Below, piece after piece: positions 19,080 to 28,700 of a stretch of DNA of 64,000 nucleotides. A program made the translations under genes and the position numbers. This stretch comes from Thermoanaerobaculia bacterium (GTDB lineage Bacteria > Acidobacteriota > Thermoanaerobaculia > Multivoradales > UBA5704): positions 96,001 to 160,000 of the forward strand of contig JBGAGQ010000001.1 of NCBI GenBank assembly GCA_044226625.1. Reading direction: 5' to 3'. Below the pieces are notes generated by a model. It had not been told where the DNA came from and did not search any database. It saw only the letters and a program-made list of their open reading frames with translations. How positions within the stretch are numbered: the first letter of the stretch is position 1; every line of letters starts with the position of its first letter.

Positions 19080-20552
19080 ATGATCCCGAGCCCCGAAGCC
19101 ACCGCCGCGCGTCTCTTCCCGACCCAGCTATCGAGCTATCCCCCGGCGTCGCCCGACGGCCTGTTCGCGACGCTCGCCGACCGGGTCCGCTTCGATCCGT
19201 GGAACGGCGTGGCGACGCTGATCTTCGCGCTCGCGATCCTTCACACCTTCGCCGCGGCCCGCTTCACGAAGCTCGCGCATTCGGTCCAGCACAGGCACGA
19301 CGAGCGGGCCCATCGCGAGAAGCGGCCGGCGCGGCCGAGCGTGCTCGCCGAGCTTCTCCACTTCCTCGGTGAGGTGGAGGTGGTGTTCGGGCTCTGGGCG
19401 GTCGTGCTATTCGGAACGCTCACCCTCTACGACGGCTGGGACGTCGCTTCGGGCTATCTCGACCACACGGTGAACTTCACCGAGCCGCTGTTCGTGATCG
19501 TGATCATGGCGCTCGCCTCGACGCGGCCGATCGTCGGCCTCGCCGAAAGCTCGCTCCGGCGGGTGGCGCGGCTCGGCAACGGGACGCCGCTCGCCTGGTG
19601 GTTTTCGATCCTCACGCTCGGGCCGCTGCTCGGCTCGCTGATCACTGAGCCCGCTGCGATGACCATCTGCGCTCTCCTGCTCGCCCGGCAGTTCTACGAT
19701 CTCGAGCCTTCGACCCGTCTGCGCTACGCGACGCTCGGCCTGCTGTTCGTCAACGTCTCGATCGGCGGCACGCTCACCCACTTCGCGGCGCCGCCGATCC
19801 TCATGGTGGCGCGCCCCTGGGGTTGGGGGTCTGCGTTCCTGTTCGAGCACCTGGGATGGCGGGCGGTGATCGGGGTCTTTGCAGCGACGAGCCTCTACGC
19901 CCTCGCTTTCCGCCGTGAGCTGCTCGCGCTCGCCCGGCGGCCGGCGGTGCCGGACCGGGAGATCCCCGAGCCCTCCGACGACCCCGCGGAGGCGGCGACC
20001 GAGCCGGTCCGAGACCTCCTGCCGGTGCCCGCCTGGATCACGGGGGTGCACGTCGCGTTCATGGCCTGGACGGTCGTCAACGCTCACCATCCGGTGCTGT
20101 TCCTCGGCGCGTTCCTGTTCTTCCTCGGCTTCGTTCGCGCCACCGCGCACTACCAGTCGGTGGTCGACCTCAAGGGTCCTCTGCTGGTTGGTTTCTTCTT
20201 GGGCGGGCTGGTGATCCACGGCGGTTTGCAAGGTTGGTGGATCGCGCCGGTGCTCGCGCACCTCGGGGAACAATCGCTCTTCTTCGGCGCGGCGATCCTC
20301 ACCGCGTTCAACGACAACGCGCTGATCACCTACCTCTCGACTCTCGTTCCCGACCTGCCGCGAGCGCTGCAGATCGCGGTGGTCCAGGGCGCCGTCACCG
20401 GCGGCGGCTTGACGGTGATCGCGAACGCCCCGAACCCCGCCGGCCAGGCGCTGCTCGGCCGCTTCTTCGGCGACGGGATCTCGCCGCTCAAGCTGTTCCT
20501 GGCGGCGCTCCTGCCGACGATCGTCGCGACGCTCGCGTTCCGATTGTTCTAG
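19080..20552 (+). CDS. Putative Na+/H+ antiporter (polytopic membrane protein)
   Basis: LGEVEVVFGLW, ITEPAAMT, NVSIGGTLT.FAAPP and GGGLTVIANAPNPAG motifs of the putative Na+/H+ antiporter family. Confidence 0.8.
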   Translation: MIPSPEATAARLFPTQLSSYPPASPDGLFATLADRVRFDPWNGVATLIFALAILHTFAAARFTKLAHSVQHRHDERAHREKRPARPSVLAELLHFLGEVEVVFGLWAVVLFGTLTLYDGWDVASGYLDHTVNFTEPLFVIVIMALASTRPIVGLAESSLRRVARLGNGTPLAWWFSILTLGPLLGSLITEPAAMTICALLLARQFYDLEPSTRLRYATLGLLFVNVSIGGTLTHFAAPPILMVARPWGWGSAFLFEHLGWRAVIGVFAATSLYALAFRRELLALARRPAVPDREIPEPSDDPAEAATEPVRDLLPVPAWITGVHVAFMAWTVVNAHHPVLFLGAFLFFLGFVRATAHYQSVVDLKGPLLVGFFLGGLVIHGGLQGWWIAPVLAHLGEQSLFFGAAILTAFNDNALITYLSTLVPDLPRALQIAVVQGAVTGGGLTVIANAPNPAGQALLGRFFGDGISPLKLFLAALLPTIVATLAFRLF

Positions 20553-20577
20553 AGGGCCCGAGGGGAGGCACGAGCCG

Positions 20578-22160
20578 ATGACCGACGAGGCGCCGCAGCC
20601 CGAGGTCGAAACCGCGGCGGAGCTCGGCATCACTCCGCAGGACGTCTCGGGCGAGATCCGCGACTTCGTCAAGCGCCAGGAGCGACGCCGGCGGCTGGTG
20701 CCGCGCGCGGCGCTGGTGGGGCTCGCGGCCGGGGGGCTCGCGATCGCCTTCCGGTTGGCGGCGTGGGGGCCTGGGGCTACGCGCTGCCGCCGCTCGCCTT
20801 GGCGGGCGCCGCCGGGCTGTCGCTGTTCCTGGTCCAGCGTTTCGCGCCCGAAGCCGCCGGGAGCGGCATCCCTCACTTGAAGGCGGTGCTCCACCGCCTT
20901 CGCGGCCTGCGCTCGAAGCGTGTGGTCCCGGTCAAGTTCGCGAGCGGTCTGCTGTCGATCGGCGCCGGCCTGGCGCTCGGCCGCGAGGGCCCCACGGTGC
21001 AGATGGGAGGCGCCTCCGGCCATCTGCTCGGCGGCTGGCTCGGCGTCACGGCGCGCGAGCGCCAGGTGCTGATCGCGGCCGGTGCGGGCGCGGGGCTCGC
21101 CGCGGCGTTCAACGCGCCGCTCGCCGGGGTGATCTTCGTGCTCGAGGAGCTACAAGGCGATTTCGCCCCCGGCGTGCTCACCTCGTCGTTCGTCGCCTCG
21201 CTCACCGCCGACCTGGTCTCGCGCCTGGCGCTCGGCCAGCTGCCGGTGTTCCACCTCGCCTCGGCGCCGCTGCCGCCGCTCGGCAGCCTCCCCGCCTTTC
21301 TCCTGCTCGGCGCTCTTGCAGGGCTGCTCGGCGTCGTCTTCAACCGCTCGCTGCTCGCCGGCCTGCGGGGGTTCTCGCTGCTGTCGCGCTGGCCGATCGG
21401 CCTGCCGGCGGCGATCGTGGGCCTGCTGATCGGCATCGCCGGCTGGTTCCTCCCCGGAGCGCTCGGCGGCGGCACGCCGTTGCTCGCCGAAACGTTCGCC
21501 GGGCACCTTACGCTCGCGCCGCTCCTCGGCCTGCTCGCGCTGCGCTTCGCGATGACCATTCTCTCGTACGGCACCGGCGTCGCGGGAGGGATCTTCGCTC
21601 CGCTGCTCGTGCTCGGCGCGCTGCTCGGCCAGGCGGTGGGGCTCGGCACCGGGAGGCTCGCCGGAGGCTTTTCGCCCGCGCCGGGCTCGGCCTCGGCGTT
21701 TCCCGTGGTGGGCATGGCCGCGCTGTTCGCCGCGATCGTGCGCGCGCCGCTCACCGCGATCGTGTTGATCCTGGAGATGACCGCGGGCTATTCGCTCATG
21801 CTGCCGCTGCTCGCCGCGACGTTCATCGCCTATGGCCTCGCCGACCTGCTCGGCGACCGGCCGATCTATCAAGCGCTGCTCGAGCGCGACACGCTACGCG
21901 GCCAGGACGCCCCCGAGCTCGCCGGAACGCTCCTGATCGAGCGGACGATCCAAACCGGCGCGCCGTTCGACGGCATCAAGGTCGCCGACCTCAACCTACC
22001 GCCGGGATGCCTGGTGATCACCGTCGAGCGCCACGGCAAGAGCGTCGTACCCGACCGCGACACCCTGCTCGAAGCGGGCGACCGATTGACCGCCGTAGTC
22101 GCCCCCCGCGCCGCCGACGGCCTGAGGTTGATCACCGAGGGGACGTCGCCGCACGGGTGA
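20578..22160 (+). pseudogene. clcA: ClC H+/Cl- exchanger with C-terminal TrkA-C, split by a frameshift near 20760
   Basis: N-terminal part (..RAALVGLAAGGLAIAFRLA) is in one frame; GSGIP, GREGP and GIFAP motifs are in another frame from 20763. Confidence 0.75.
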
Positions 22161-22214
22161 ATTGGCAAGCGGCGGATTTCGCACGATCGCGGCGAAGCTT
22201 GTTAGACTTTCGGT

Positions 22215-22424
22215 ATGCGAGCCACGGTCACCGCTGAAGTCGACGAAAAGGGGAACCTCCATCCCGACGAGCCTCTCGCCATCTCGGCTGGGGCGAAGGT
22301 ACTGATCACCGTGGTCGAATCTGGGCCGAGTGAAACGGCACTCTTGAGCGAAGCCGCTCTGGCAGAGGATTGGAACCGACCCGAGGAAGACGCCGCATGG
22401 TCACACTTGGCCCTGGAGACGTAG
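22215..22424 (+). CDS. Putative antitoxin
   Basis: Small acidic protein with LSEAALAEDW.RPEEDAAW motif; overlaps a PemK-like toxin. Confidence 0.75.
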   Translation: MRATVTAEVDEKGNLHPDEPLAISAGAKVLITVVESGPSETALLSEAALAEDWNRPEEDAAWSHLALET

Positions 22425-22738
22425 TCCTCGTACGATTTCCGTTCTCCGATCTCTCCGCGACGAAGGTTCGACCCGCCGTCGTTCTCGCATGGGTCGGGAG
22501 GTCCGACTGGATCCTCTGTCAAGTGACGAGCAACCCATATGGCGACCCGCATTTCATTCTCGTAAACAATGCCTCTTTCGCCCGCGGCGGGCTGGATCGA
22601 GACAGCTTCGCGCGAGCCGGCAAATTGTTCACCGCGGACGCCGGGATCGTGCTTCGTGCCGTCGGCTCTCTCCTGCCTCAGGCGCACCGGCTCGTGGTTC
22701 AATCGGCGGTCCGCATTCTTTCGACGGACGTCCGATAG
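22397..22738 (+). CDS. PemK/MazF-family toxin
   Basis: GDVVLVRFPFSDLS..KVRPAVVL...ILCQVTS. Confidence 0.88.
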   Translation: MVTLGPGDVVLVRFPFSDLSATKVRPAVVLAWVGRSDWILCQVTSNPYGDPHFILVNNASFARGGLDRDSFARAGKLFTADAGIVLRAVGSLLPQAHRLVVQSAVRILSTDVR

Positions 22739-22808
22739 CTCGAATCGACCCTGCCCCTGATCGCCGTCGGGACGCCACCCGCGACGAAAGGCCATCGCCC
22801 TGGGGCCC

Positions 22809-24560
22809 TCAGCGCCCCGTTCGCCGCAAACGCCGCAGCAGACGCCGGGCGCGGAGGCGCGAGACGACGTAGGCGAGGGCGAAGAAGCCGCCGAGCGCGA
22901 ACAACCAAGGGGCGAGCTTCGGCGCGCCGGCCTGACCGGCGATCCAGGCCGCGATCGAGGAGACGATGGCCGAAACCGCGTAGGTCCGCTGCTGCCCGGC
23001 GGCATAGAGCAGCTCGACGCCGTCCGCGAAGCCGCGAATGCCCACCTGGAGCTCGCCGCGGTTCGCTTTCGCGAGCAGGCTCCGCAGCTCGGCCGGCACG
23101 CTGAGGAGCGAGGCGACGATCTCTCGACCGAATGTCTTGGCGAGGCCCACCCAGTCGCGGCCCGGGCCGAGCAGCAGCTCTTCGACGTAAGGGCGGACGA
23201 TCGCGACGGGCTTCAAGTCGGGGGCGAGGTCGTTGGCGAGGCCGACGAGCAGCAGCAGCGTGCGCTGGAGCAGGATCCACTCGCGCGGCACCGAAAACAC
23301 CGCGGTGAGGTCGCGGAGCGACAGGTCGAGCTTCGAAAGATCGGCCATCATTTCGGCCTTCATCCGCACGTTGACCTCCAGCTCTTCGAGCCGGAACGAG
23401 TCGAAGTCGAGCCCGGCGAGCAGGCGGCCGTAGAGGTAGTCGATCGCCCGACCGGCGACGTCGTCGTCCGGGTCGCGGCGGACGAAGCCCATTTGCTCGA
23501 GCGCGCCGACGATCTCGTCGCGGTCGCGGCGGAGCACCGCGCCGAGCAGGCGCGAAACCCCCGTTCTCATCCGCGGCGACAGCCGCGCCACCGCGCCGAA
23601 GTCGACGAGGCCAATCCGTCCATTGGGCAGGACCAGGAGGTTCCCCGGGTGCGGATCGGCATGGTAGAGGCCGTCGCGGAACACCATCCGGCACCAGAGG
23701 TCGAGCACGGTCTCGGCGACCGCCGCCGGATCGTGCCCGGCGGCGACGAGCGCCGCGCGGTCGCTCACCTTGACGCCGTCCAAGTATTCCGTCGTGAGCA
23801 CGCGGCGCGACGAGCGGGCCCGGACGACCGCCGGAATCGCCACCCGCGGGCTCGCGGCCCCCGATTCCGTCGCGTCTGCGCGGGCGAAATTCGCGGCGAT
23901 CTCTTCGAGCGATCGCGCCTCGCGCGAGAAATCGAGCTCCTCCTCGATCGTCTCGCGCACCTGCTCGGCGAGGTCGACGAGGCCGCGGATGCGCAGCAGC
24001 GCCTGGACCAGCCGGAGGATGCGCGAGAGCGCCGCGAGGTCGCGGCGGGCGGTCGCCTCGATCGCGTGGTGCTGGACTTTGACCGCGACGCGTAGCGGGC
24101 CGCGCTCGAGGTCGTCGAAGGTCGCGACGTGAACCTGCGCGAGGGAGGCGCTCGCGACGGGCGTCCGATCGAAGCTCGAAAACAGCTCGTCCGGGCCGGC
24201 GCCGAGCTCGGATTGGAGGCGCGCCTCGATCTCCGAGAACGGCCGCGCCGGGACGCGGTCCTGGAGCGCCTCCAAATCGGCGCGAAAATCCGCCGGCAGG
24301 AAGTTGCTGAGGACGCTCACCAGTTGGCCGACCTTGATGAACAGCCCCTGGACCTCGAGGATCGTCGTCCTGATCCGCCGTGCGCTCCGTCGATGGCAGG
24401 CGACCCTCAGCTCGGCGCGGCGGCGCTCGCCGACGAAGCGGCCGAGCGCGAAGACGCGGCCGTAGCCCAGCAGGACCCGCGCCACGGTCGCATAGACCCG
24501 GAGCCGGCGAAAACGGACGGGGGCGACGGCAGGCTCGGGCGCGGCGGGAAGTCCGGTCAT
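22809..24560 (-). CDS. ABC1/UbiB (AarF) atypical kinase
   Basis: IKVGQ, ASASLAQVH, VAVKVQ, EELDF..EA, HADPHPGN and DFG motifs; C-terminal TM helices. Confidence 0.92.
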   Translation of the reverse strand: MTGLPAAPEPAVAPVRFRRLRVYATVARVLLGYGRVFALGRFVGERRRAELRVACHRRSARRIRTTILEVQGLFIKVGQLVSVLSNFLPADFRADLEALQDRVPARPFSEIEARLQSELGAGPDELFSSFDRTPVASASLAQVHVATFDDLERGPLRVAVKVQHHAIEATARRDLAALSRILRLVQALLRIRGLVDLAEQVRETIEEELDFSREARSLEEIAANFARADATESGAASPRVAIPAVVRARSSRRVLTTEYLDGVKVSDRAALVAAGHDPAAVAETVLDLWCRMVFRDGLYHADPHPGNLLVLPNGRIGLVDFGAVARLSPRMRTGVSRLLGAVLRRDRDEIVGALEQMGFVRRDPDDDVAGRAIDYLYGRLLAGLDFDSFRLEELEVNVRMKAEMMADLSKLDLSLRDLTAVFSVPREWILLQRTLLLLVGLANDLAPDLKPVAIVRPYVEELLLGPGRDWVGLAKTFGREIVASLLSVPAELRSLLAKANRGELQVGIRGFADGVELLYAAGQQRTYAVSAIVSSIAAWIAGQAGAPKLAPWLFALGGFFALAYVVSRLRARRLLRRLRRTGR

Positions 24561-24690
24561 TGCGGCTGGGAGGGAGGTTCTTCCGCGATGTTACGACACT
24601 CGTTCTTCCGCGCGGGAAAGGGGGGAACGTTGAAAGCGGGCCGCCGCGACCCGGCTCCGAGCCGCGGCGACCCCGAGAGGCCTTCGAGTC

Positions 24691-24870
24691 CTACGGGATG
24701 CGCAACCGGCAATCGGGCGCGCAGGTGAAAACCGTGATGGTCTGGCAGATGATGGCGCAGGTGTTCGCGGTACAGACCGAGGTCACGGGAACCCCGTCGC
24801 CGCCCGTGGCGGATTCGAGGTTCAGCACGGTCTCGCGGCGAAGGTTGAGCTTGCGGTTCTGCTTCTTCAT
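24691..24870 (-). CDS. 59-aa RiPP (lanthipeptide-like) precursor peptide
   Basis: MKKQNRKLNLRRETVLNLESATGG|DGVPVTSVCTANTCAIICQTITVFTCAPDCRLRIP; AAAGGA RBS; GC3-rich codons; just below the ORF-track cutoff. Confidence 0.8.
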   Translation of the reverse strand: MKKQNRKLNLRRETVLNLESATGGDGVPVTSVCTANTCAIICQTITVFTCAPDCRLRIP

Positions 24871-25045
24871 GATCGTTTCCTTTGAAGGTCCTCACGAACC
24901 GGATGTCCGACGAGGCAAGGCGCTTCGTGTGCGCCGTCGGGTAGGGGAACGATCCGAGACGTTCGATTCCCTCACCTCGATCGAAAAGGAAATTCGCGGG
25001 CGCGCTCGCCTTGCCCCGCTCGACCGAGTCGGGTAAGGTGACTTC

Positions 25046-25471
25046 ATGACCGTGGCGGACGCGTCCTTCCCCCCGCTCGATCTGGACTCCTTCCTGCGTG
25101 ATTACGTCTGGAGCTACGAGGAGCTCAAGGCCGTCATCTGCCTCGGCACTCGGCGTGATGTCTGGTGGTCGATCGCGGCAGTCGCGAGCGACTGTAAGGT
25201 CGACGTCGACGCGGTCGTCTTCGCTCTGAATCGGCTATCCCAACTGGGCCTGTTCGCCGTGCGCGGCGCTCCCGAAGCCCTCGAGTTCAGCCTGCACGAG
25301 AATTTCCACACCCGGGCCGAGTTCTTCGATCAGCTTGCCGTAGAGTACCGGGAAGACCCTCTCCGTCTGATCGAGCTCATGACGAGGAACTCCTTCGATC
25401 GCGTCCGCACCTCGGCGCTGAAGACTTTCGCCGACTGTTTCCGCATCCGCAAGCCGAAAGAGGACCAGTGA
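25046..25471 (+). CDS. Conserved hypothetical protein, possibly winged-helix-like
   Basis: Coherent 141-aa ORF ending FADCFRIRK; GTGA overlap with the next gene. Confidence 0.7.
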   Translation: MTVADASFPPLDLDSFLRDYVWSYEELKAVICLGTRRDVWWSIAAVASDCKVDVDAVVFALNRLSQLGLFAVRGAPEALEFSLHENFHTRAEFFDQLAVEYREDPLRLIELMTRNSFDRVRTSALKTFADCFRIRKPKEDQ

Positions 25472-25731
25472 CGATGGCCCACGCGGTCTACCTCCTCTGC
25501 GCGCTCGCGAGCGTCTTCTGCGCCGGGCTCCTCACCCACAGCTATCGGCGGACACGCATCCGCCTCGCTCTCTGGACCAGCCTCTGCTTCGTCGGCCTCG
25601 CGATCAACAACCTGCTTCTGTTCGTCGACCTGGTCGTGGTGCCGGACATGAGCTTCGGCCTCTGGCGCTCGCTGTCCGCCCTCGTCGCGGTCTCGATTCT
25701 CCTGTTCGGCATGATCTGGGAGGAGCGATGA
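25468..25731 (+). CDS. Small 3-TM membrane protein (DUF5985-like)
   Basis: VYLLCAL.S..CA.LL..SY.RT..RL.LW..LCF.GLA.NN.LLFVDL..P pattern. Confidence 0.75.
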   Translation: MTMAHAVYLLCALASVFCAGLLTHSYRRTRIRLALWTSLCFVGLAINNLLLFVDLVVVPDMSFGLWRSLSALVAVSILLFGMIWEER

Positions 25732-25991
25732 CCCAGTTCCTCTCGGGCGCCTCGGCGGCGGTCTGCCTGTTCATCAGCATCTTCTTCCTCCGCTATTGGT
25801 GCACCAGCCGCGACCGCCTGTTCCTGACCTTCGCCGTCGCGTTCGGGATCTTCGGCTTGCACTGGGCGATCCTCGGCCTGGCGGACGTGCCGAACGAGTC
25901 CCGGCACTATTACTACCTGCTGCGCCTCCTCGGCTTCCTGTTGATCCTGGGGGCCGTGATCGACAAGAACCGGTCTCCCGACAAGTCCTGA
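25728..25991 (+). CDS. Small 3-TM membrane protein (DUF5985-like), paralog of the upstream gene
   Basis: FLSGA...FFLRYW..SRDRLF..FA.AF...YLLRLLGFLLIL.A.IDKNR; ATGA overlap. Confidence 0.75.
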   Translation: MTQFLSGASAAVCLFISIFFLRYWCTSRDRLFLTFAVAFGIFGLHWAILGLADVPNESRHYYYLLRLLGFLLILGAVIDKNRSPDKS

Positions 25992-26145
25992 GTCCGCCGC
26001 CGCGAAACCCCGAGCCGGTCTCGCCGTACCAAGGGAGTCGAACGCTCGCACCTTCTGAACGACCGGAGGCGGCCCCGTCCCCCGTCCCCGCTCGCGCCGA
26101 CGATTCGGCTATCGTTCCACCGCTCCGGCATCTCGGGAGATCGAC

Positions 26146-28581
26146 ATGCACGACCTGCTCCTCGAAGCCCGACTGACGCTCCGCGGCCTCGCCCGGCAGC
26201 CGGGATTCGCCTCGACCATCGTCGTGACCCTCGCGGTGGGGATCGGCGCGAACCTCGCGTTCTTCGGTTACGCGAGCTACTTCCTCTCGCCGACGATCGA
26301 CGCGCCGGAGCCCGAGCGCGTGGTCAGCGTCCACACGGGAACCAAGGAGTCGCCCGACGGCGCTTGCTCGTATCTCGATTGGCTCGACCTCCGGGCGGGG
26401 ACCGCGAAGACCTTTTCTCAAACGTCCGCCGCCCAAGTCTTCGGCTCGTCGTTGGTCGCCAAGGAGCAGACGATCCACGCCTGGGGCACGGCGGTCTCCG
26501 GTCAATACTTCCCGCTGTTCGGCAAACCGGCACGCCTCGGCCGGCTGATCGCTCCGAGCGACGACCAGCCGGGCGCCGAGCGCGTGCTGGTGCTCAACTA
26601 TTTCTTCTGGCGGAACCGGTTCGGCTCCGATCCGACGGTCCTCGGACGGACCGTTTCGCTCGAGGGGCAGCGGACCTACCGCATCGTCGGCGTCGCCGCC
26701 GATGGATTCCAGGGCGACGGGCTAGCAACCTCGATCTACGTTCCGCTCGCGACCGCCGACGGGCTGATCCGCGGCCTCGACGATCGTTCGAGCCGGAGAC
26801 TCTCGGTGCTCGGACGGCTGCGCCCGGGCGTCACGATCGACGCCGCGCGATCGACGCTCTCCGCTCTCGCGCGCGGGCTCGACCAAGAGCATCCGGAAGC
26901 CGATCCGCGCCTCGTCTCGACCAGACCGGTCACCGAGCCCGATCCGTCGGTGCTCGCCGATCCGACCGCTCGCGCGGCCACGGGACTGCTGTTCGCGGTC
27001 GGCCTGCTGCAATTGCTCGCCTGCGCCAACGTGACGAATCTCGTGCTCGCCCGCACGGTGGCGCGGCGACGCGAGACGGCGATCCATGCCGCGCTCGGCG
27101 CGGGCCGCTGGCGGATCGGCCGGCGGCTGCTCGTCGAATCGCTGGCCCTATCGCTCGCCGGCGGCCTGCTCGGGGTCGCTCTCGCGCGCGGCATCACGCG
27201 GGTGATCGAGCACTACCTGAGCCAGGGGGTGCCGGTCGGGCTGGGCGACTTCAGCGCCGGCTCGAGCCTGATCGCCGATCCGCGCCGGACGGCCTGGTAC
27301 TTCGCCGCGCTCTGTCTCGGAACCGCGCTGCTGGTAAGCCTCGCGCCGCTCGCCCAGGCGCTGCGCAAGAACCTCGTCGGAGCCCTCAAGAGTCACGGCG
27401 AAGGGGACGGCGGCAGCCGCCGGCTCGACTTCCGGGGTCTGTTGGTGGTGACGCAGGTCGCGCTGTCGGTCGTGCTGCTGCTCGCGGCGGGGCTTCTGGT
27501 CCGCACCCGATTCGAGGTACGGAGCCAGGAGCTCGGCTTCGATCCAACGCACCTCACCCTCGTGACCCTTCACATCCCGACGTTGCGCGGCGGCGACAAC
27601 ACGAAGGGGCTCGCTCTGTACGACGACGTCCTGCGACAGGTGCGGACGCTCCCCGCGGTCGAGAGCACGGGCTTCGCCTGGCGCGTGCCACTCTCGATCA
27701 CCAACTCGACCGAGTTGGTGGCGCTGCCGGGGGCCGATCACAAAGAGGCGGTCTCGTTCAACGTGGTGAGCCCCGAGTATTTCGAGACGCTCGGCGTGCG
27801 GCTAGTTTCCGGACGCCGCCTGTCGAACGCCGACCGGAGTGAGGACGCGACCGTCGTCGTCTTGAATCAGGCCGCCGCCCAGCAGTTCTTCCCCGACGGC
27901 CAGGCGATCGGCCGTCGGTTGGAGGTAACGACAGACGAGGTTCCCGGCGGCCAGGTGGAAGTCGTGGGCGTCGTCGCCAATTCGCGATTCGGCCGGGTCA
28001 CCGAACCGATCCGGCCGCTGATCTATTACCCTTGCGCCCAGCGCTTCAAGCAGCGGATGACCCTGATGGTGCGCGCCAGCGCTCCGCTCGAGCGACCGCT
28101 CGCCGAGCTGCTGCGCCGTAGCTTCCCCGACGTCGCGGTGATCGATTTCCAGCCGATGAGCGAGCAGGTACGGCGCGCCGCCGCGGACCAGACGATGAAC
28201 GCCGACCTCGCCTCCGGCTTCGGCCTGTTCGGCTTGGGGCTCGCCGCCCTCGGTATCGTGAGCGTCCTCTCCTTCACCGTCCATCGGAGCGGCCGGGCGA
28301 TCGGCATTCGCATGGCGCTCGGGGCGAACGCGCGCGACGTGATGCTCTGGGTCTTGAAAGGTGCTGGCCGCTGGGTCGCCGCGGGACTCGCGCTGGGGCT
28401 CCTCGCCTCGTGGCCGCTGTCGCGTCTGATCGAAGGACTGCTCTATGGCGTCCCAGCCCGCGACCCGCTCACCGCGGCGGGGGTCGTCGTCCTCCTCGGC
28501 GCCGTCGCTCTCGCCGCCGCCCTCGGCCCGGCGACCCGTGCCGCCCATATCGAGCCGGTGCGGGCGCTCAAGGGGGAGTAG
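26146..28581 (+). CDS. Duplicated MacB/FtsX-type ABC permease (ADOP family), no adjacent ATPase
   Basis: PGF...TLAVGIGAN, LACANVTNL, IHAALGA, QVALSVVLL and IGIRMALGA motifs. Confidence 0.9.
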   Translation: MHDLLLEARLTLRGLARQPGFASTIVVTLAVGIGANLAFFGYASYFLSPTIDAPEPERVVSVHTGTKESPDGACSYLDWLDLRAGTAKTFSQTSAAQVFGSSLVAKEQTIHAWGTAVSGQYFPLFGKPARLGRLIAPSDDQPGAERVLVLNYFFWRNRFGSDPTVLGRTVSLEGQRTYRIVGVAADGFQGDGLATSIYVPLATADGLIRGLDDRSSRRLSVLGRLRPGVTIDAARSTLSALARGLDQEHPEADPRLVSTRPVTEPDPSVLADPTARAATGLLFAVGLLQLLACANVTNLVLARTVARRRETAIHAALGAGRWRIGRRLLVESLALSLAGGLLGVALARGITRVIEHYLSQGVPVGLGDFSAGSSLIADPRRTAWYFAALCLGTALLVSLAPLAQALRKNLVGALKSHGEGDGGSRRLDFRGLLVVTQVALSVVLLLAAGLLVRTRFEVRSQELGFDPTHLTLVTLHIPTLRGGDNTKGLALYDDVLRQVRTLPAVESTGFAWRVPLSITNSTELVALPGADHKEAVSFNVVSPEYFETLGVRLVSGRRLSNADRSEDATVVVLNQAAAQQFFPDGQAIGRRLEVTTDEVPGGQVEVVGVVANSRFGRVTEPIRPLIYYPCAQRFKQRMTLMVRASAPLERPLAELLRRSFPDVAVIDFQPMSEQVRRAAADQTMNADLASGFGLFGLGLAALGIVSVLSFTVHRSGRAIGIRMALGANARDVMLWVLKGAGRWVAAGLALGLLASWPLSRLIEGLLYGVPARDPLTAAGVVVLLGAVALAAALGPATRAAHIEPVRALKGE

Positions 28582-28596
28582 GCGTATGAACCATGC

Positions 28597-28692
28597 CTGC
28601 AACTCGCGACCGGCACGGTCATCCGCGGAAAAACCGTCGTAGACGGAGACCTTCTTCCCGAGGATCGACCGTCAGCATCCTGGCTCGCGAGA
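28597..28692 (+). pseudogene. Remnant of a small antitoxin-like gene
   Basis: Reads LQLATGTVIRGKTVVDGDLLPE, then after a 1-nt frameshift STVSILARE; no ATG; truncated at the tandem array. Confidence 0.45.
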
Positions 28693-28700
28693 CGGTAGCT

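Noticed and set aside
22809-24560. ABC1 kinase as the modifying enzyme of the upstream RiPP precursor
   Set aside because: It is separated from the precursor by a hairpin and a possible own -10 (TAACAT). It looks like an ordinary membrane-anchored UbiB-family protein, with no lyase or cyclase domain. Adjacency alone is insufficient.
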